Both the position numbers and the translations under genes were made by a program. Positions 7,635 to 16,456 of a stretch of DNA of 19,923 nucleotides are shown here, piece by piece. The notes below the pieces were generated by a model, which worked only from the letters and a program-made list of their open reading frames with translations, searched no databases and had not been told where the DNA came from. Location: UHGV virus genome UHGV-0168719; one strand, given 5' to 3'. Each line of letters opens with the position of its first letter. The first letter of the stretch is position 1. The stretch is from a virus.

Positions 7635-8708
7635 ATGCGCCAGGAAACCCGCTTTAAATTTAATGCCTACCTGTCCCGTGTTGCCGAACTGAACGGCATC
7701 GACGCCGGTGATGTGTCGAAAAAATTCACCGTTGAACCGTCGGTCACCCAGACCCTGATGAACACCATGCAGGAGTCCTCTGACTTTCTGACCCGCATCA
7801 ACATTGTGCCGGTCAGCGAAATGAAAGGGGAAAAAATTGGTATCGGTGTCACCGGCTCCATCGCCAGCACCACCGACACCGCCGGTGGCACCGAGCGTCA
7901 GCCGAAGGACTTCTCGAAGCTGGCGTCAAACAAGTATGAATGCGACCAGATTAACTTCGATTTTTATATCCGCTACAAAACGCTTGACCTGTGGGCGCGT
8001 TATCAGGATTTCCAGCTCCGTGTCCGTAACGCCATTATCAAACGCCAGTCCCTTGATTTAATCATGGCCGGTTTTAACGGCGTGAGGCGTGCCGAAACCT
8101 CTGACCGCAGCAGTAACCAGATGCTGCAGGATGTGGCGGTCGGCTGGCTGCAGAAATACCGCAATGAAGCCCCGGCGCGCGTGATGAGCAAGGTTACTGA
8201 CGAGGAAGGTCACACGACCTCTGAGGTCATCCGCGTGGGTAAGGGCGGTGATTATGCCAGCCTCGATGCACTGGTGATGGATGCGACCAACAACCTGATT
8301 GAGCCGTGGTATCAGGAAGACCCTGACCTTGTGGTGATTGTGGGGCGTCAGCTACTGGCGGACAAGTATTTCCCCATCGTCAACAAGGAGCAGGACAACA
8401 GCGAAATGCTGGCCGCTGACGTCATCATCAGCCAGAAACGCATCGGTAACCTGCCGGCGGTACGCGTCCCGTACTTCCCGGCGGATGCGATGCTCATCAC
8501 GAAGCTGGAAAACCTGTCCATCTACTACATGGATGACAGCCATCGCCGCGTGATTGTGGAAAACCCGAAACTCGACCGCGTGGAGAACTACGAGTCAATG
8601 AACATTGATTACGTAGTGGAAGACTACGCCGCCGGTTGTCTGGTGGAAAAAATTAAGGTCGGTGACTTCTCCACACCGGCTAAAGTGACCGCAGAGCCGG
8701 GAGCGTAA
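7635..8708 (+). CDS. N: Major capsid protein, 357 aa
   Basis: MRQETRFKFNAYLSRVAELNGIDAGDVSKKF... matches P2 N in sequence and length. Confidence 0.95.
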   Translation: MRQETRFKFNAYLSRVAELNGIDAGDVSKKFTVEPSVTQTLMNTMQESSDFLTRINIVPVSEMKGEKIGIGVTGSIASTTDTAGGTERQPKDFSKLASNKYECDQINFDFYIRYKTLDLWARYQDFQLRVRNAIIKRQSLDLIMAGFNGVRRAETSDRSSNQMLQDVAVGWLQKYRNEAPARVMSKVTDEEGHTTSEVIRVGKGGDYASLDALVMDATNNLIEPWYQEDPDLVVIVGRQLLADKYFPIVNKEQDNSEMLAADVIISQKRIGNLPAVRVPYFPADAMLITKLENLSIYYMDDSHRRVIVENPKLDRVENYESMNIDYVVEDYAAGCLVEKIKVGDFSTPAKVTAEPGA

Positions 8709-8711
8709 CCG

Positions 8712-9455
8712 ATGACGAGTCCCGCACAGCGCCACATGATGCGGGTCTCGGCAGCGATGACCGCGCAGCGGGACGCCGCCCCGCTGCGACATGCAACTGT
8801 CTATGAGCAGATGCTGGTCAAGCTGGCCGCAGACCAGCGCACACTGAAAGCGATTTATTCAAAAGAGCTGAAGGCCGCGAAAAAACGCGAACTGCTGCCG
8901 TTCTGGTTGCCGTGGGTGAACGGCGTGCTGGAGCAGGGCAAAGGCGCACAGGATGACATTCTGATGACGGTCATGCTGTGGCGTCTGGATACCGGCGATA
9001 TTGCTGGTGCGCTGGAGATTGCCCGTTATGCCCTGAAGTACGGTCTGACCATGCCGGGTAAACACCGCCGCACCCCGCCGTACATGTTCACCGAGGAGGT
9101 GGCGCTCGCGGCCATGCGCGCTCACGCTGCCGGTGAATCCGTGGATATCCGCCTGCTGACGGAGACCCTTGAACTGACCGCCACTGCTGACATGCCTGAT
9201 GAAGTGCGCGCAAAGCTGCACAAAATCACCGGTCTGTTTCTGCGTGACGGTGGTGATGCCGCCGGTGCGCTGGCTCACCTGCAACGTGCGACACAGCTCG
9301 ACTGTCAGGCAGGCGTCAAAAAAGAGATTGAACGACTGGAGCGGGAGCTGAAACCGAAGCCGGAGCCGCAGCCCAAAGCAGCCACCCGCGCCCCGCGTAA
9401 GACCCGGAGTGCGACACCGGCAAAACGTGGACGCCCGAAAAAGAAAGCCAGTTAA
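8712..9455 (+). CDS. M: Terminase small (endonuclease) subunit, 247 aa
   Basis: Position and length match P2 M; basic C-terminal tail (KPKPEPQPKAATRAPRKTRSATPAKRGRPKKKAS). Confidence 0.9.
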   Translation: MTSPAQRHMMRVSAAMTAQRDAAPLRHATVYEQMLVKLAADQRTLKAIYSKELKAAKKRELLPFWLPWVNGVLEQGKGAQDDILMTVMLWRLDTGDIAGALEIARYALKYGLTMPGKHRRTPPYMFTEEVALAAMRAHAAGESVDIRLLTETLELTATADMPDEVRAKLHKITGLFLRDGGDAAGALAHLQRATQLDCQAGVKKEIERLERELKPKPEPQPKAATRAPRKTRSATPAKRGRPKKKAS

Positions 9456-9554
9456 CAACCGAATGCGCCCCGCGCCAGGGCGGCACGCCGGTCAGTGAGG
9501 GTGAATCACCTGACACTGTACCGGCGTCCACCGCCCGACTTTTCAGAGGTAGTC

Positions 9555-10064
9555 ATGATGACGCTGATTATTCCGCGAAAGGAGGCTCCCGTATCCTGTG
9601 AGGGTACGGTGGTCATCCCGCAACCGGCAGGCGACGAGCCGGTGATTAAAAACACGTTCTTTTTTCCCGATATCGACCCGAAGCGCGTCCGGGAACGTAT
9701 GCGCCTTGAGCAGACCGTCGCCCCGGCCCGTCTGCGTGAGGCCATCAAGTCAGGCATGGCGGAGACGAATGCGGAGCTGTACGAGTACCGCGAACAGAAA
9801 ATTGCTGCCGGTTTTACGCGTCTGGCGGACGTCCCGGCGGACGACATCGACGGTGAAAGCATCAAAGTTTTTTACTACGAGCGCGCCGTGTGTGCGATGG
9901 CGACCGCATCGCTTTATGAGCGTTATCGCGGCGTGGATGCCAGTGCGAAAGGCGACAAGAAGGCCGACAGCATTGACAGCACCATTGATGAGCTGTGGCG
10001 GGATATGCGCTGGGCAGTGGCGCGCATCCAGGACAAGCCGCGCTGTATCGTGAGTCAAATCTGA
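9555..10064 (+). CDS. L: Head completion/stabilisation protein, 169 aa
   Basis: MMTLIIPRKEAPVS... matches P2 L; GAGG RBS 5 nt before ATG 9555; the track ORF begins at an upstream GTG. Confidence 0.9.
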   Translation: MMTLIIPRKEAPVSCEGTVVIPQPAGDEPVIKNTFFFPDIDPKRVRERMRLEQTVAPARLREAIKSGMAETNAELYEYREQKIAAGFTRLADVPADDIDGESIKVFYYERAVCAMATASLYERYRGVDASAKGDKKADSIDSTIDELWRDMRWAVARIQDKPRCIVSQI

Positions 10065-10267
10065 TGAAGACCTTTGCGCTACAGGGCGACACGCTCGACG
10101 CCATCTGTGTCCGGTATTACGGGCGCACTGAGGGCGTGGTTGAGACCGTGCTCGCCGCAAATCCGGGAATGGCTGAACTGGGTGCGGTGCTGCCGCACGG
10201 CACCGCCGTCGAACTGCCCGACGTTCAGACCGCGCCCGTGGCTGAAACTGTCAATCTGTGGGAGTAA
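10064..10267 (+). CDS. X: Tail protein X, 67 aa
   Basis: MKTFALQGDTLDAICVRYYGRTEGVVETVLAANPG... matches P2 X; ATG overlaps the L stop as ATGA. Confidence 0.88.
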   Translation: MKTFALQGDTLDAICVRYYGRTEGVVETVLAANPGMAELGAVLPHGTAVELPDVQTAPVAETVNLWE

Positions 10268-10270
10268 CGC

Positions 10271-10552
10271 ATGACAGCAGAAGAAAAAAGCGTCCTGTCG
10301 CTTTTCATGATTGGGGTGCTGATTGTTGTCGGCAAGGTGCTTGCCGGTGGTGAACCCATCACCCCGCGTCTGTTTATCGGGCGCATGTTGCTCGGTGGTT
10401 TTGTCTCGATGGTTGCGGGTGTTGTTCTGGTGCAGTTTCCTGACCTGTCACTGCCTGCGGTGTGCGGCATCGGCTCCATGCTGGGTATCGCCGGTTATCA
10501 GGTGATTGAGATTGCCATTCAGCGCCGCTTTAAGGGCAGGGGGAAACCGTAA
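10271..10552 (+). CDS. Y: Holin, 93 aa
   Basis: Position and length match P2 Y; hydrophobic segments (LSLFMIGVLIVVGKVLAGG; LGGFVSMVAGVVLV). Confidence 0.85.
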   Translation: MTAEEKSVLSLFMIGVLIVVGKVLAGGEPITPRLFIGRMLLGGFVSMVAGVVLVQFPDLSLPAVCGIGSMLGIAGYQVIEIAIQRRFKGRGKP

Positions 10553-11049
10553 TGCCGGTAATTAACACGCATCAGAATATCGCCGCCTTTCTCGACATGC
10601 TGGCCGTGTCCGAAGGGACGGCAAATCATCCGCTGACGAAAAACCGGGGCTATGACGTGATAGTCACCGGACTGGACGGGAAGCCGGAAATCTTCACCGA
10701 CTACAGCGACCACCCGTTCGCGCATGGCCGACCGGCGAAGGTGTTTAACCGTCGCGGTGAAAAATCCACGGCCTCCGGTCGCTATCAGCAGCTTTACCTG
10801 TTCTGGCCGCATTACCGCAAACAGCTTGCCCTGCCGGATTTCAGTCCGTTGTCACAGGACAGGCTCGCCATTCAGTTGATCCGCGAACGCGGTGCACTGG
10901 ATGACATCCGGGCGGGACGCATTGAGCGCGCCATTTCACGCTGTCGCAATATCTGGGCGTCCCTGCCGGGTGCCGGTTATGGTCAGCGTGAGCATTCACT
11001 GGAAAAACTGGTCACCGTCTGGCGTACCGCTGGCGGCGTACCGGCTTAA
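10552..11049 (+). CDS. K: Endolysin, 165 aa
   Basis: Position and length match P2 K; TAATG overlap with Y. Confidence 0.9.
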   Translation: MPVINTHQNIAAFLDMLAVSEGTANHPLTKNRGYDVIVTGLDGKPEIFTDYSDHPFAHGRPAKVFNRRGEKSTASGRYQQLYLFWPHYRKQLALPDFSPLSQDRLAIQLIRERGALDDIRAGRIERAISRCRNIWASLPGAGYGQREHSLEKLVTVWRTAGGVPA

Positions 11050-11063
11050 ACGGAGTAAACACC

Positions 11064-11486
11064 ATGAAGAAATTATCCCTTTCACTGATGCTGAACGTGT
11101 CGCTGGCGCTGATGCTGGCACTGTCCCTGATTTACCCGCAGAGCGTGGCCGTCAGTTTTGTCGCCACCTGGGCGATTCTGGCGACGGTTATCTGTGTGGT
11201 TGCCGGTGGTGTCGGCGTGTATGCCACTGAGTATGTACTGGAGCGCTACGGGCGGGAGCTGCCGCCGGAATCGCTGGCCGTGAAGATTGTCACGTCGCTG
11301 TTTTTGCAGCCGGTGCCGTGGCGCAGACGGGCGGCGGCTCTGGTGGTGGTGGCGACGTTTATCGCGCTGGTCGCTGCCGGGTGGATTTTTACCGCGCTGA
11401 TTTATCTTGTGGCGTCGGTGTTCTTCCGGCTGATACGTAAAGCCTGCCGTCAGCGTTTTGAGGGGCGGGAACCATGTCAAAGCTGA
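11064..11486 (+). CDS. lysA: Lysis regulatory membrane protein LysA
   Basis: 140-aa hydrophobic protein in the P2 lysA position; GGAG RBS before ATG 11064. Confidence 0.8.
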   Translation: MKKLSLSLMLNVSLALMLALSLIYPQSVAVSFVATWAILATVICVVAGGVGVYATEYVLERYGRELPPESLAVKIVTSLFLQPVPWRRRAAALVVVATFIALVAAGWIFTALIYLVASVFFRLIRKACRQRFEGREPCQS

Positions 11487-11899
11487 TGATTGTGCTGGTC
11501 GTGTTGTTATCGCTGGCGGTGGCGGGGCTGTTTCTGGCGAAGCATGAAAACGCCAGCCTGCGCGCCTCGCTGGACAGGGCGAACAACGTCGCCAGCGGGC
11601 AGCAGACGACCATCACCATGCTGAAAAATCAGCTTCATGTTGCCCTCACCAGAGCAGACAAAAACGAGCTGGCGCAGGTGGCACTGCGTCAGGAACTGGA
11701 GAACGCCGCGAAGCGTGAAGCACAGCGCGAGAAAACCATCACGAGGTTACTCAATGAAAACGAAGATTTTCGCCGCTGGTACGGCGCTGACTTGCCTGAT
11801 GCTGTGCGCCGGTTGCACCAGCGTCCGGCCTGCACCGACGCCAGTGATTGTCCACAACGCCTGCCCGAAAGTGAGCCTTTGCCCGATGCCGGGCAGTGA
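11474..11899 (+). CDS. lysB: LysB (Rz-like inner-membrane spanin), 141 aa
   Basis: N-terminal transmembrane helix (LMIVLVVLLSLAVAGLFLA) followed by a coiled-coil-like region; position and length match P2 LysB. Confidence 0.8.
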   Translation: MSKLMIVLVVLLSLAVAGLFLAKHENASLRASLDRANNVASGQQTTITMLKNQLHVALTRADKNELAQVALRQELENAAKREAQREKTITRLLNENEDFRRWYGADLPDAVRRLHQRPACTDASDCPQRLPESEPLPDAGQ

Positions 11900-12044
11900 C
11901 CCGCAGACGAACGGCGATTTAAGTGCCGATATCCGGCAGCTTGAAAACGCGCTGGCACGCTGTGCCAGCCAGGTAAAAATGATTAAACACTGTCAGGACG
12001 AAAACGATGCTCAAACCCGACAGCCTGCGCAGGGCGCTGACTGA
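11754..12044 (+). CDS. lysC: LysC (Rz1-like outer-membrane lipoprotein spanin), 96 aa, embedded in another frame within lysB
   Basis: MKTKIFAAGTALTCLMLCAGC has a lipoprotein signal with lipobox LCAG-C; GAGG RBS 7 nt before ATG 11754; starts inside lysB and ends inside R, as in P2. Confidence 0.7.
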   Translation: MKTKIFAAGTALTCLMLCAGCTSVRPAPTPVIVHNACPKVSLCPMPGSDPQTNGDLSADIRQLENALARCASQVKMIKHCQDENDAQTRQPAQGAD

Positions 12045-12474
12045 TGCCGTCACGGTGCTGAAAACTAACCCCGATATGCTGCGGATATTCGTTGATAACG
12101 GGAGTATTGCCTCCACACTGGCGACGTCGCTGTCATTCGAAAAGCGTTACACGCTCAATGTCATTGTGACCGACTTTACCGGTGATTTTGACCTGCTCAT
12201 CGTGCCGGTGCTGGCGTGGCTGCGGGAAAATCAGCCCGACATCATGACCACCGACGAAGGCCAGAAAAAGGGCTTCACGTTTTATGCGGACATCAACAAT
12301 GACAGCAGCTTTGATATCAGCATCAGCCTGATGCTGACCGAGCGAACGCTGGTCAGTGAGGTGGACGGCGCACTGCATGTGAAGAATATCCCGGAACCTC
12401 CGCCGCCGGAGCCGGTCACCCGCCCGGTGGAGCTTTATATCAATGGCGAACTGGTGAGCAAGTGGGATGAATGA
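12007..12474 (+). CDS. R: Tail completion protein R, 155 aa
   Basis: Position and length match P2 R. Confidence 0.9.
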   Translation: MLKPDSLRRALTDAVTVLKTNPDMLRIFVDNGSIASTLATSLSFEKRYTLNVIVTDFTGDFDLLIVPVLAWLRENQPDIMTTDEGQKKGFTFYADINNDSSFDISISLMLTERTLVSEVDGALHVKNIPEPPPPEPVTRPVELYINGELVSKWDE

Positions 12475-12919
12475 GTTTAAGCGTTTTGAAGACCGGCTGA
12501 CCGGACTTATTGAATCGCTGTCACCGTCAGGGCGTCGACGACTGAGTGCCGAACTGGCGAAACGTCTGCGTCAGAGTCAGCAGCGTCGGGTGATGGCACA
12601 GAAAGCCCCGGACGGCACACCCTACGCACCACGCCAGCAGCAGAGCGCCAGAAAAAAGACCGGTCGCGTTAAGCGAAAAATGTTTGCGAAACTTATCACC
12701 AGTCGTTTTTTGCATATCCGCGCCAGCCCGGAACAGGCATCAATGGAGTTTTACGGCGGGAAGTCACCGAAAATCGCCAGCGTGCATCAGTTCGGTCTGT
12801 CGGAAGAAAACCGGAAAGACGGTAAGAAAATTGATTATCCGGCGCGTCCTCTGCTCGGCTTTACCGGTGAGGATGTGCAGATGATTGAAGAGATTATCCT
12901 GGCTCACCTCGACCGTTAG
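12467..12919 (+). CDS. S: Tail completion protein S, 150 aa
   Basis: Position and length match P2 S; last gene of the O operon. Confidence 0.9.
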   Translation: MNEFKRFEDRLTGLIESLSPSGRRRLSAELAKRLRQSQQRRVMAQKAPDGTPYAPRQQQSARKKTGRVKRKMFAKLITSRFLHIRASPEQASMEFYGGKSPKIASVHQFGLSEENRKDGKKIDYPARPLLGFTGEDVQMIEEIILAHLDR

Positions 12920-13076
12920 TTGTGCCATTTCTTGCGCCTTATTGATGAAATATCGCCATTATCCTCTTGCGGCATCCTTTTTATATTTCAACTAAATGAA
13001 CTTTAATTGTAACTTGAAAATGTGCAGTGGATGAGAGTTATAAGGACTCATCGAAGGTAGTCGCTTTATCATATAA

Positions 13077-13099
13077 GGCCACGATAAAATATCGTGGCC
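13077..13099 (-). terminator. Hairpin terminator candidate downstream of the minus-strand cargo gene
   Basis: ggccacgat-aaaat-atcgtggcc (9-bp stem, 5-nt loop), 34 nt beyond the stop at 13133-13135 and followed on the minus strand by AU-rich sequence. Confidence 0.4.
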
Positions 13100-13132
13100 A
13101 AGGTGTCTTATGTTTGTGAGCTAATTAGATTG

Positions 13133-13876
13133 TTATCTGGTCAAATAAGTGAGGGTACTCTCTTCAGGTATTAGTTGGATATCTCCACCCCAGACGTCCA
13201 TTATGTTTTTTCTTGCTTCCCAATATTCTGGATATGTGTTTTGATGAGCATTGTAGATACAAGCTAAAAGCCAGTGCTGGTATTTAAGAGTTGTGTATTG
13301 GTATTCCTCTATTATCGGCAAGATGAATAAATTTTTTTGTTCTGTTGACTTCAGGTATTCTTTTGATTTACCAGAAAGCCGGTCATTCTCCAGTATGGTT
13401 TCAATCTTAAATGCAAATCCGTGTATGTTTATTTTTTTCTGGAGGTGCATAAATGATGATATTAATGGGGAGATCATTTTTTGATGGGTTAGGATGTTTC
13501 TTAAATCTTCCATTAATTTTATGATTGGATTTTTTAAAAATTCTTCATTGATGATTTCTCTGGATTTATTGGTAATATCATCAATATTTAATACATTGAT
13601 TTTATGTAGATTACGCGTTGAATCTCTAAATGATAATGCTGAGGAGATATAGTTGAGAAAATGTCTTGATATATTTATGTGCTGTTTTTTTAATTCATTT
13701 CTATTAAGTGAGTAGTGGAATACAATTTCAGGAGAGTTGAATTTGCTTAATTCACTTTGAATCACCTCATAATTGGCAATGTGTATATGTCCAAGTAAAT
13801 TGGTGTCGGAAATTTTTAAATATTCTTTATGGGCGATGGTGTCTTTTTGTTTTTCCCAGATTTGATATTTATCCAT
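13133..13876 (-). CDS. Hypothetical protein (247 aa) in an AT-rich insertion between S and V
   Basis: Minus-strand ORF with AAGGAG 7 nt upstream of the ATG at 13876 (track ORF extends to 13975 with no RBS). No family recognised; contains an Rx4H motif (LRNILTHQK). P2 has a nonessential orf30 in this position; relatedness was not assessed. Confidence 0.7.
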   Translation of the reverse strand: MDKYQIWEKQKDTIAHKEYLKISDTNLLGHIHIANYEVIQSELSKFNSPEIVFHYSLNRNELKKQHINISRHFLNYISSALSFRDSTRNLHKINVLNIDDITNKSREIINEEFLKNPIIKLMEDLRNILTHQKMISPLISSFMHLQKKINIHGFAFKIETILENDRLSGKSKEYLKSTEQKNLFILPIIEEYQYTTLKYQHWLLACIYNAHQNTYPEYWEARKNIMDVWGGDIQLIPEESTLTYLTR

Positions 13877-13895
13877 GCTTCGGCTCCTTCTTGGT

Positions 13896-13913
13896 TGTGC
13901 CGAAAATGATACA
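13896..13913 (+). promoter_or_regulatory. TGT-N12-ACA dyad (Ogr-type late activator site) of the V-operon promoter
   Basis: Exact TGTgccgaaaatgatACA centred about 55 bp upstream of the V ATG (13960); the P2 late-promoter element is TGT-N12-ACA as I recall it. Confidence 0.5.
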
Positions 13914-13959
13914 ACGGGTTGCAATAGTTTTTCGAGCATATGTTCCCCATTATTGTCAT

Positions 13960-14595
13960 ATGAGCACATTATCAAGTATTCAGGAACTCGCGCGCGTACT
14001 GCGCAACATGATTCGCACCGGCATTATCGTCGAAACCGACCTTAACGCCGGTCGCTGCCGTGTGCAGACCGGCGGCATGTGTACCGACTGGCTTCAGTGG
14101 CTGACCCATCGCGCCGGACGTTCGCGCACATGGTGGGCACCTTCCGTGGGGGAGCAGGTGCTGATTCTGGCCGTGGGCGGTGAACTCGACACGGCGTTCG
14201 TTCTGCCGGGGATTTATTCCGGTGATAACCCCGCGCCGTCTGCGTCGGAGGATGCCCTGCATATCCGTTTCCCTGACGGGGCGGTGATTGAGTATGAACC
14301 CGAAACCAGTGCACTCACGGCAAGCGGAATTAAAACGGCCAGCGTGATGGCTTCTGATTCTGTTACTGCCACGGTGCCGGTGGTCACGGTGAAAGCATCA
14401 ACCCGCGTCACCCTGGACACACCGGAAGTGGTCTGCACCAACAAACTGACTACCGGCACGCTGGAAGTGCAGAAGGGCGGGACGATGCGCGGCAACATCG
14501 CGCATACCGGCGGTGAACTCTCATCAAACGGTAAGGTACTGCATACCCATAAACACCCCGGCGACAGCGGCGGCACAACAGGGGGACCTCTATGA
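13960..14595 (+). CDS. V: Baseplate spike/assembly protein V, 211 aa
   Basis: MSTLSSIQELARVLRNMIRTGIIVETDLNAGRCRVQTGGMCTDWLQW... matches P2 V; start at ATG 13960 (track ORF begins at an upstream TTG). Confidence 0.95.
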   Translation: MSTLSSIQELARVLRNMIRTGIIVETDLNAGRCRVQTGGMCTDWLQWLTHRAGRSRTWWAPSVGEQVLILAVGGELDTAFVLPGIYSGDNPAPSASEDALHIRFPDGAVIEYEPETSALTASGIKTASVMASDSVTATVPVVTVKASTRVTLDTPEVVCTNKLTTGTLEVQKGGTMRGNIAHTGGELSSNGKVLHTHKHPGDSGGTTGGPL

Positions 14596-14939
14596 CTGCG
14601 CGTTATCTCGGAATGAATCGCAGTGATGGCCTGACTGTCACTGACCTTGAGCATATCAGCCAGAGTATCGGCGATATCCTGCGCACACCGGTCGGCTCAC
14701 GGGTGATGCGTCGTGATTACGGCTCGTTGCTGGCGTCAATGATTGACCAGCCGCAGACCCCGGCGCTTGAGTTGCAGATTAAGGTCGCCAGTTACATGGC
14801 GGTGCTGAAATGGGAACCCCGCGTCACCCTGTCATCCGTCACCACGGCGCGCAGTTTTGACGGGCGAATGACGGTCACGTTAACCGGCCAGCACAACGAC
14901 ACCGGCCAGCCACTTTCGTTAACCATCCCTGTGAGTTGA
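14592..14939 (+). CDS. W: Baseplate protein W, 115 aa
   Basis: Position and length match P2 W; 4-nt overlap with V. Confidence 0.9.
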   Translation: MTARYLGMNRSDGLTVTDLEHISQSIGDILRTPVGSRVMRRDYGSLLASMIDQPQTPALELQIKVASYMAVLKWEPRVTLSSVTTARSFDGRMTVTLTGQHNDTGQPLSLTIPVS

Positions 14940-14943
14940 AACC

Positions 14944-15852
14944 ATGCCGATTATCGACCTGAACCAGCTACCCGCACCGGATGTGGTCGAGGAGCTGGAC
15001 TTTGAAACCATTCTCGCTGAACGCAAGGCGACACTGATTTCCCTTTACCCGGAAGACCAGCAGGAGGCGGTCGCCCGTACCCTGACGCTGGAATCCGAGC
15101 CTCTCGTCAAACTGCTGGAGGAAAATGCTTATCGTGAGCTTATCTGGCGTCAGCGTGTGAATGAGGCCGCACGGGCGGTGATGCTGGCCTGTGCCGCCGG
15201 TAATGACCTTGATGTGATTGGTGCCAATTACAACACCACGCGCCTGATTATCACCCCGGCAGATGATTCGACCCTCCCGCCGACACCGGCAGTGATGGAA
15301 TCTGACACGGATTATCGTCTGCGTATTCAGCAGGCGTTTGAAGGTTTAAGCGTCGCCGGGTCGGTGGGGGCCTATCAGTATCATGGTCGCAGTGCTGACG
15401 GGCGTGTCGCGGATATCTCTGTTACCAGTCCGTCTCCGGCCTGCGTCACCATCTCCGTGCTGTCACGTGAAAATAACGGTGTGGCATCCGAAGACCTGCT
15501 GGCTGTGGTGCGTAACGCCCTTAATGGCGAGGACGTCAGGCCGGTGGCTGACCGTGTGACCGTGCAGTCTGCCGCCATTGTTGAATACCAGATAAACGCC
15601 ACGCTGTATCTTTACCCTGGTCCAGAAAGCGAACCCATCCGCGCTGCTGCCGTGAAAAAACTGGAAGCGTACATCACGGCACAGCACCGGCTGGGGCGCG
15701 ACATCCGTCTGTCTGCCATTTATGCCGCTTTGCATGTGGAAGGCGTGCAGCGTGTCGAACTGGCTGCACCGCTGGCCGACATCGTGCTTAACAATACGCA
15801 GGCGTCTTTCTGCACCGAATACCGCGTCGTGACCGGAGGCTCGGATGAGTGA
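14944..15852 (+). CDS. J: Baseplate protein J, 302 aa
   Basis: Position and length match P2 J. Confidence 0.9.
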   Translation: MPIIDLNQLPAPDVVEELDFETILAERKATLISLYPEDQQEAVARTLTLESEPLVKLLEENAYRELIWRQRVNEAARAVMLACAAGNDLDVIGANYNTTRLIITPADDSTLPPTPAVMESDTDYRLRIQQAFEGLSVAGSVGAYQYHGRSADGRVADISVTSPSPACVTISVLSRENNGVASEDLLAVVRNALNGEDVRPVADRVTVQSAAIVEYQINATLYLYPGPESEPIRAAAVKKLEAYITAQHRLGRDIRLSAIYAALHVEGVQRVELAAPLADIVLNNTQASFCTEYRVVTGGSDE

Positions 15853-16456
15853 TTCGCGCCTGCTGCCAACCGGCTCATCGCCGCTTGAAGTTGCCGCCGC
15901 AAAAGCCTGTGCGGAAATTGAAAAAACGCCGGTCAGGATTCGTGAACTGTGGAACCCGGATACCTGTCCGGCAAATCTGCTGCCGTGGCTGGCGTGGTCA
16001 TTTTCGGTTGACCGCTGGGATGATAAGTGGCCGGAAGCGACAAAACGCGCTGTTATCCGCGATGCGTATTTCATTCACTGCCATAAGGGCACTATAGGCG
16101 CAATCCGGCGTGTGGTGGAGCCGCTCGGCTATCTGATTGAGGTGAGGGAGTGGTGGCAACTCAACGAGGAGCCGGGGACGTTCCGCATCGTTGTTGGTGT
16201 GCTTGAGCAGGGTATTACCGAGGAAATGTATCAGGAGCTGGAGCGCCTCGTTGCTGATGCAAAACCGGCAAGCCGCCATCTGACGGGACTGGCTATCAGC
16301 TTAAGTACAACCGGCAACATTTTTGCCGGTGCGGGATGCTATCACGGTGACGCCCTGACGGTTTATCCCTACACCCCGGAGGCCATTATTGTCGGAGGGG
16401 ATTATTTCCCGGCCTCGGCCATTCATTTAATTGATAACCTGAGAGTAAACGCATGA
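15845..16456 (+). CDS. I: Baseplate protein I
   Basis: [30 protein letters not shown]... matches the P2 I N-terminus; 203 aa here, a little longer than I recall for P2 I. Confidence 0.88.
   Translation: MSDSRLLPTGSSPLEVAAAKACAEIEKTPVRIRELWNPDTCPANLLPWLAWSFSVDRWDDKWPEATKRAVIRDAYFIHCHKGTIGAIRRVVEPLGYLIEVREWWQLNEEPGTFRIVVGVLEQGITEEMYQELERLVADAKPASRHLTGLAISLSTTGNIFAGAGCYHGDALTVYPYTPEAIIVGGDYFPASAIHLIDNLRVNA

Noticed and set aside
7081-10160. Antisense and out-of-frame ORFs across O, N, M, L (e.g. 7081..7539, 7205..7501, 8859..9458, 9506..9865, 9750..10160)
   Set aside because: Overlap confidently assigned capsid and terminase genes; biased, low-complexity translations typical of GC-rich shadow frames.
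13293-13484. 63-aa plus-strand ORF inside the cargo gene
   Set aside because: Antisense to a gene with strong RBS support; AT-rich spurious frame.
13972-14654. Minus-strand ORFs across V (13972..14262, 14042..14314, 14214..14654)
   Set aside because: Antisense to V, whose translation matches P2 V throughout.
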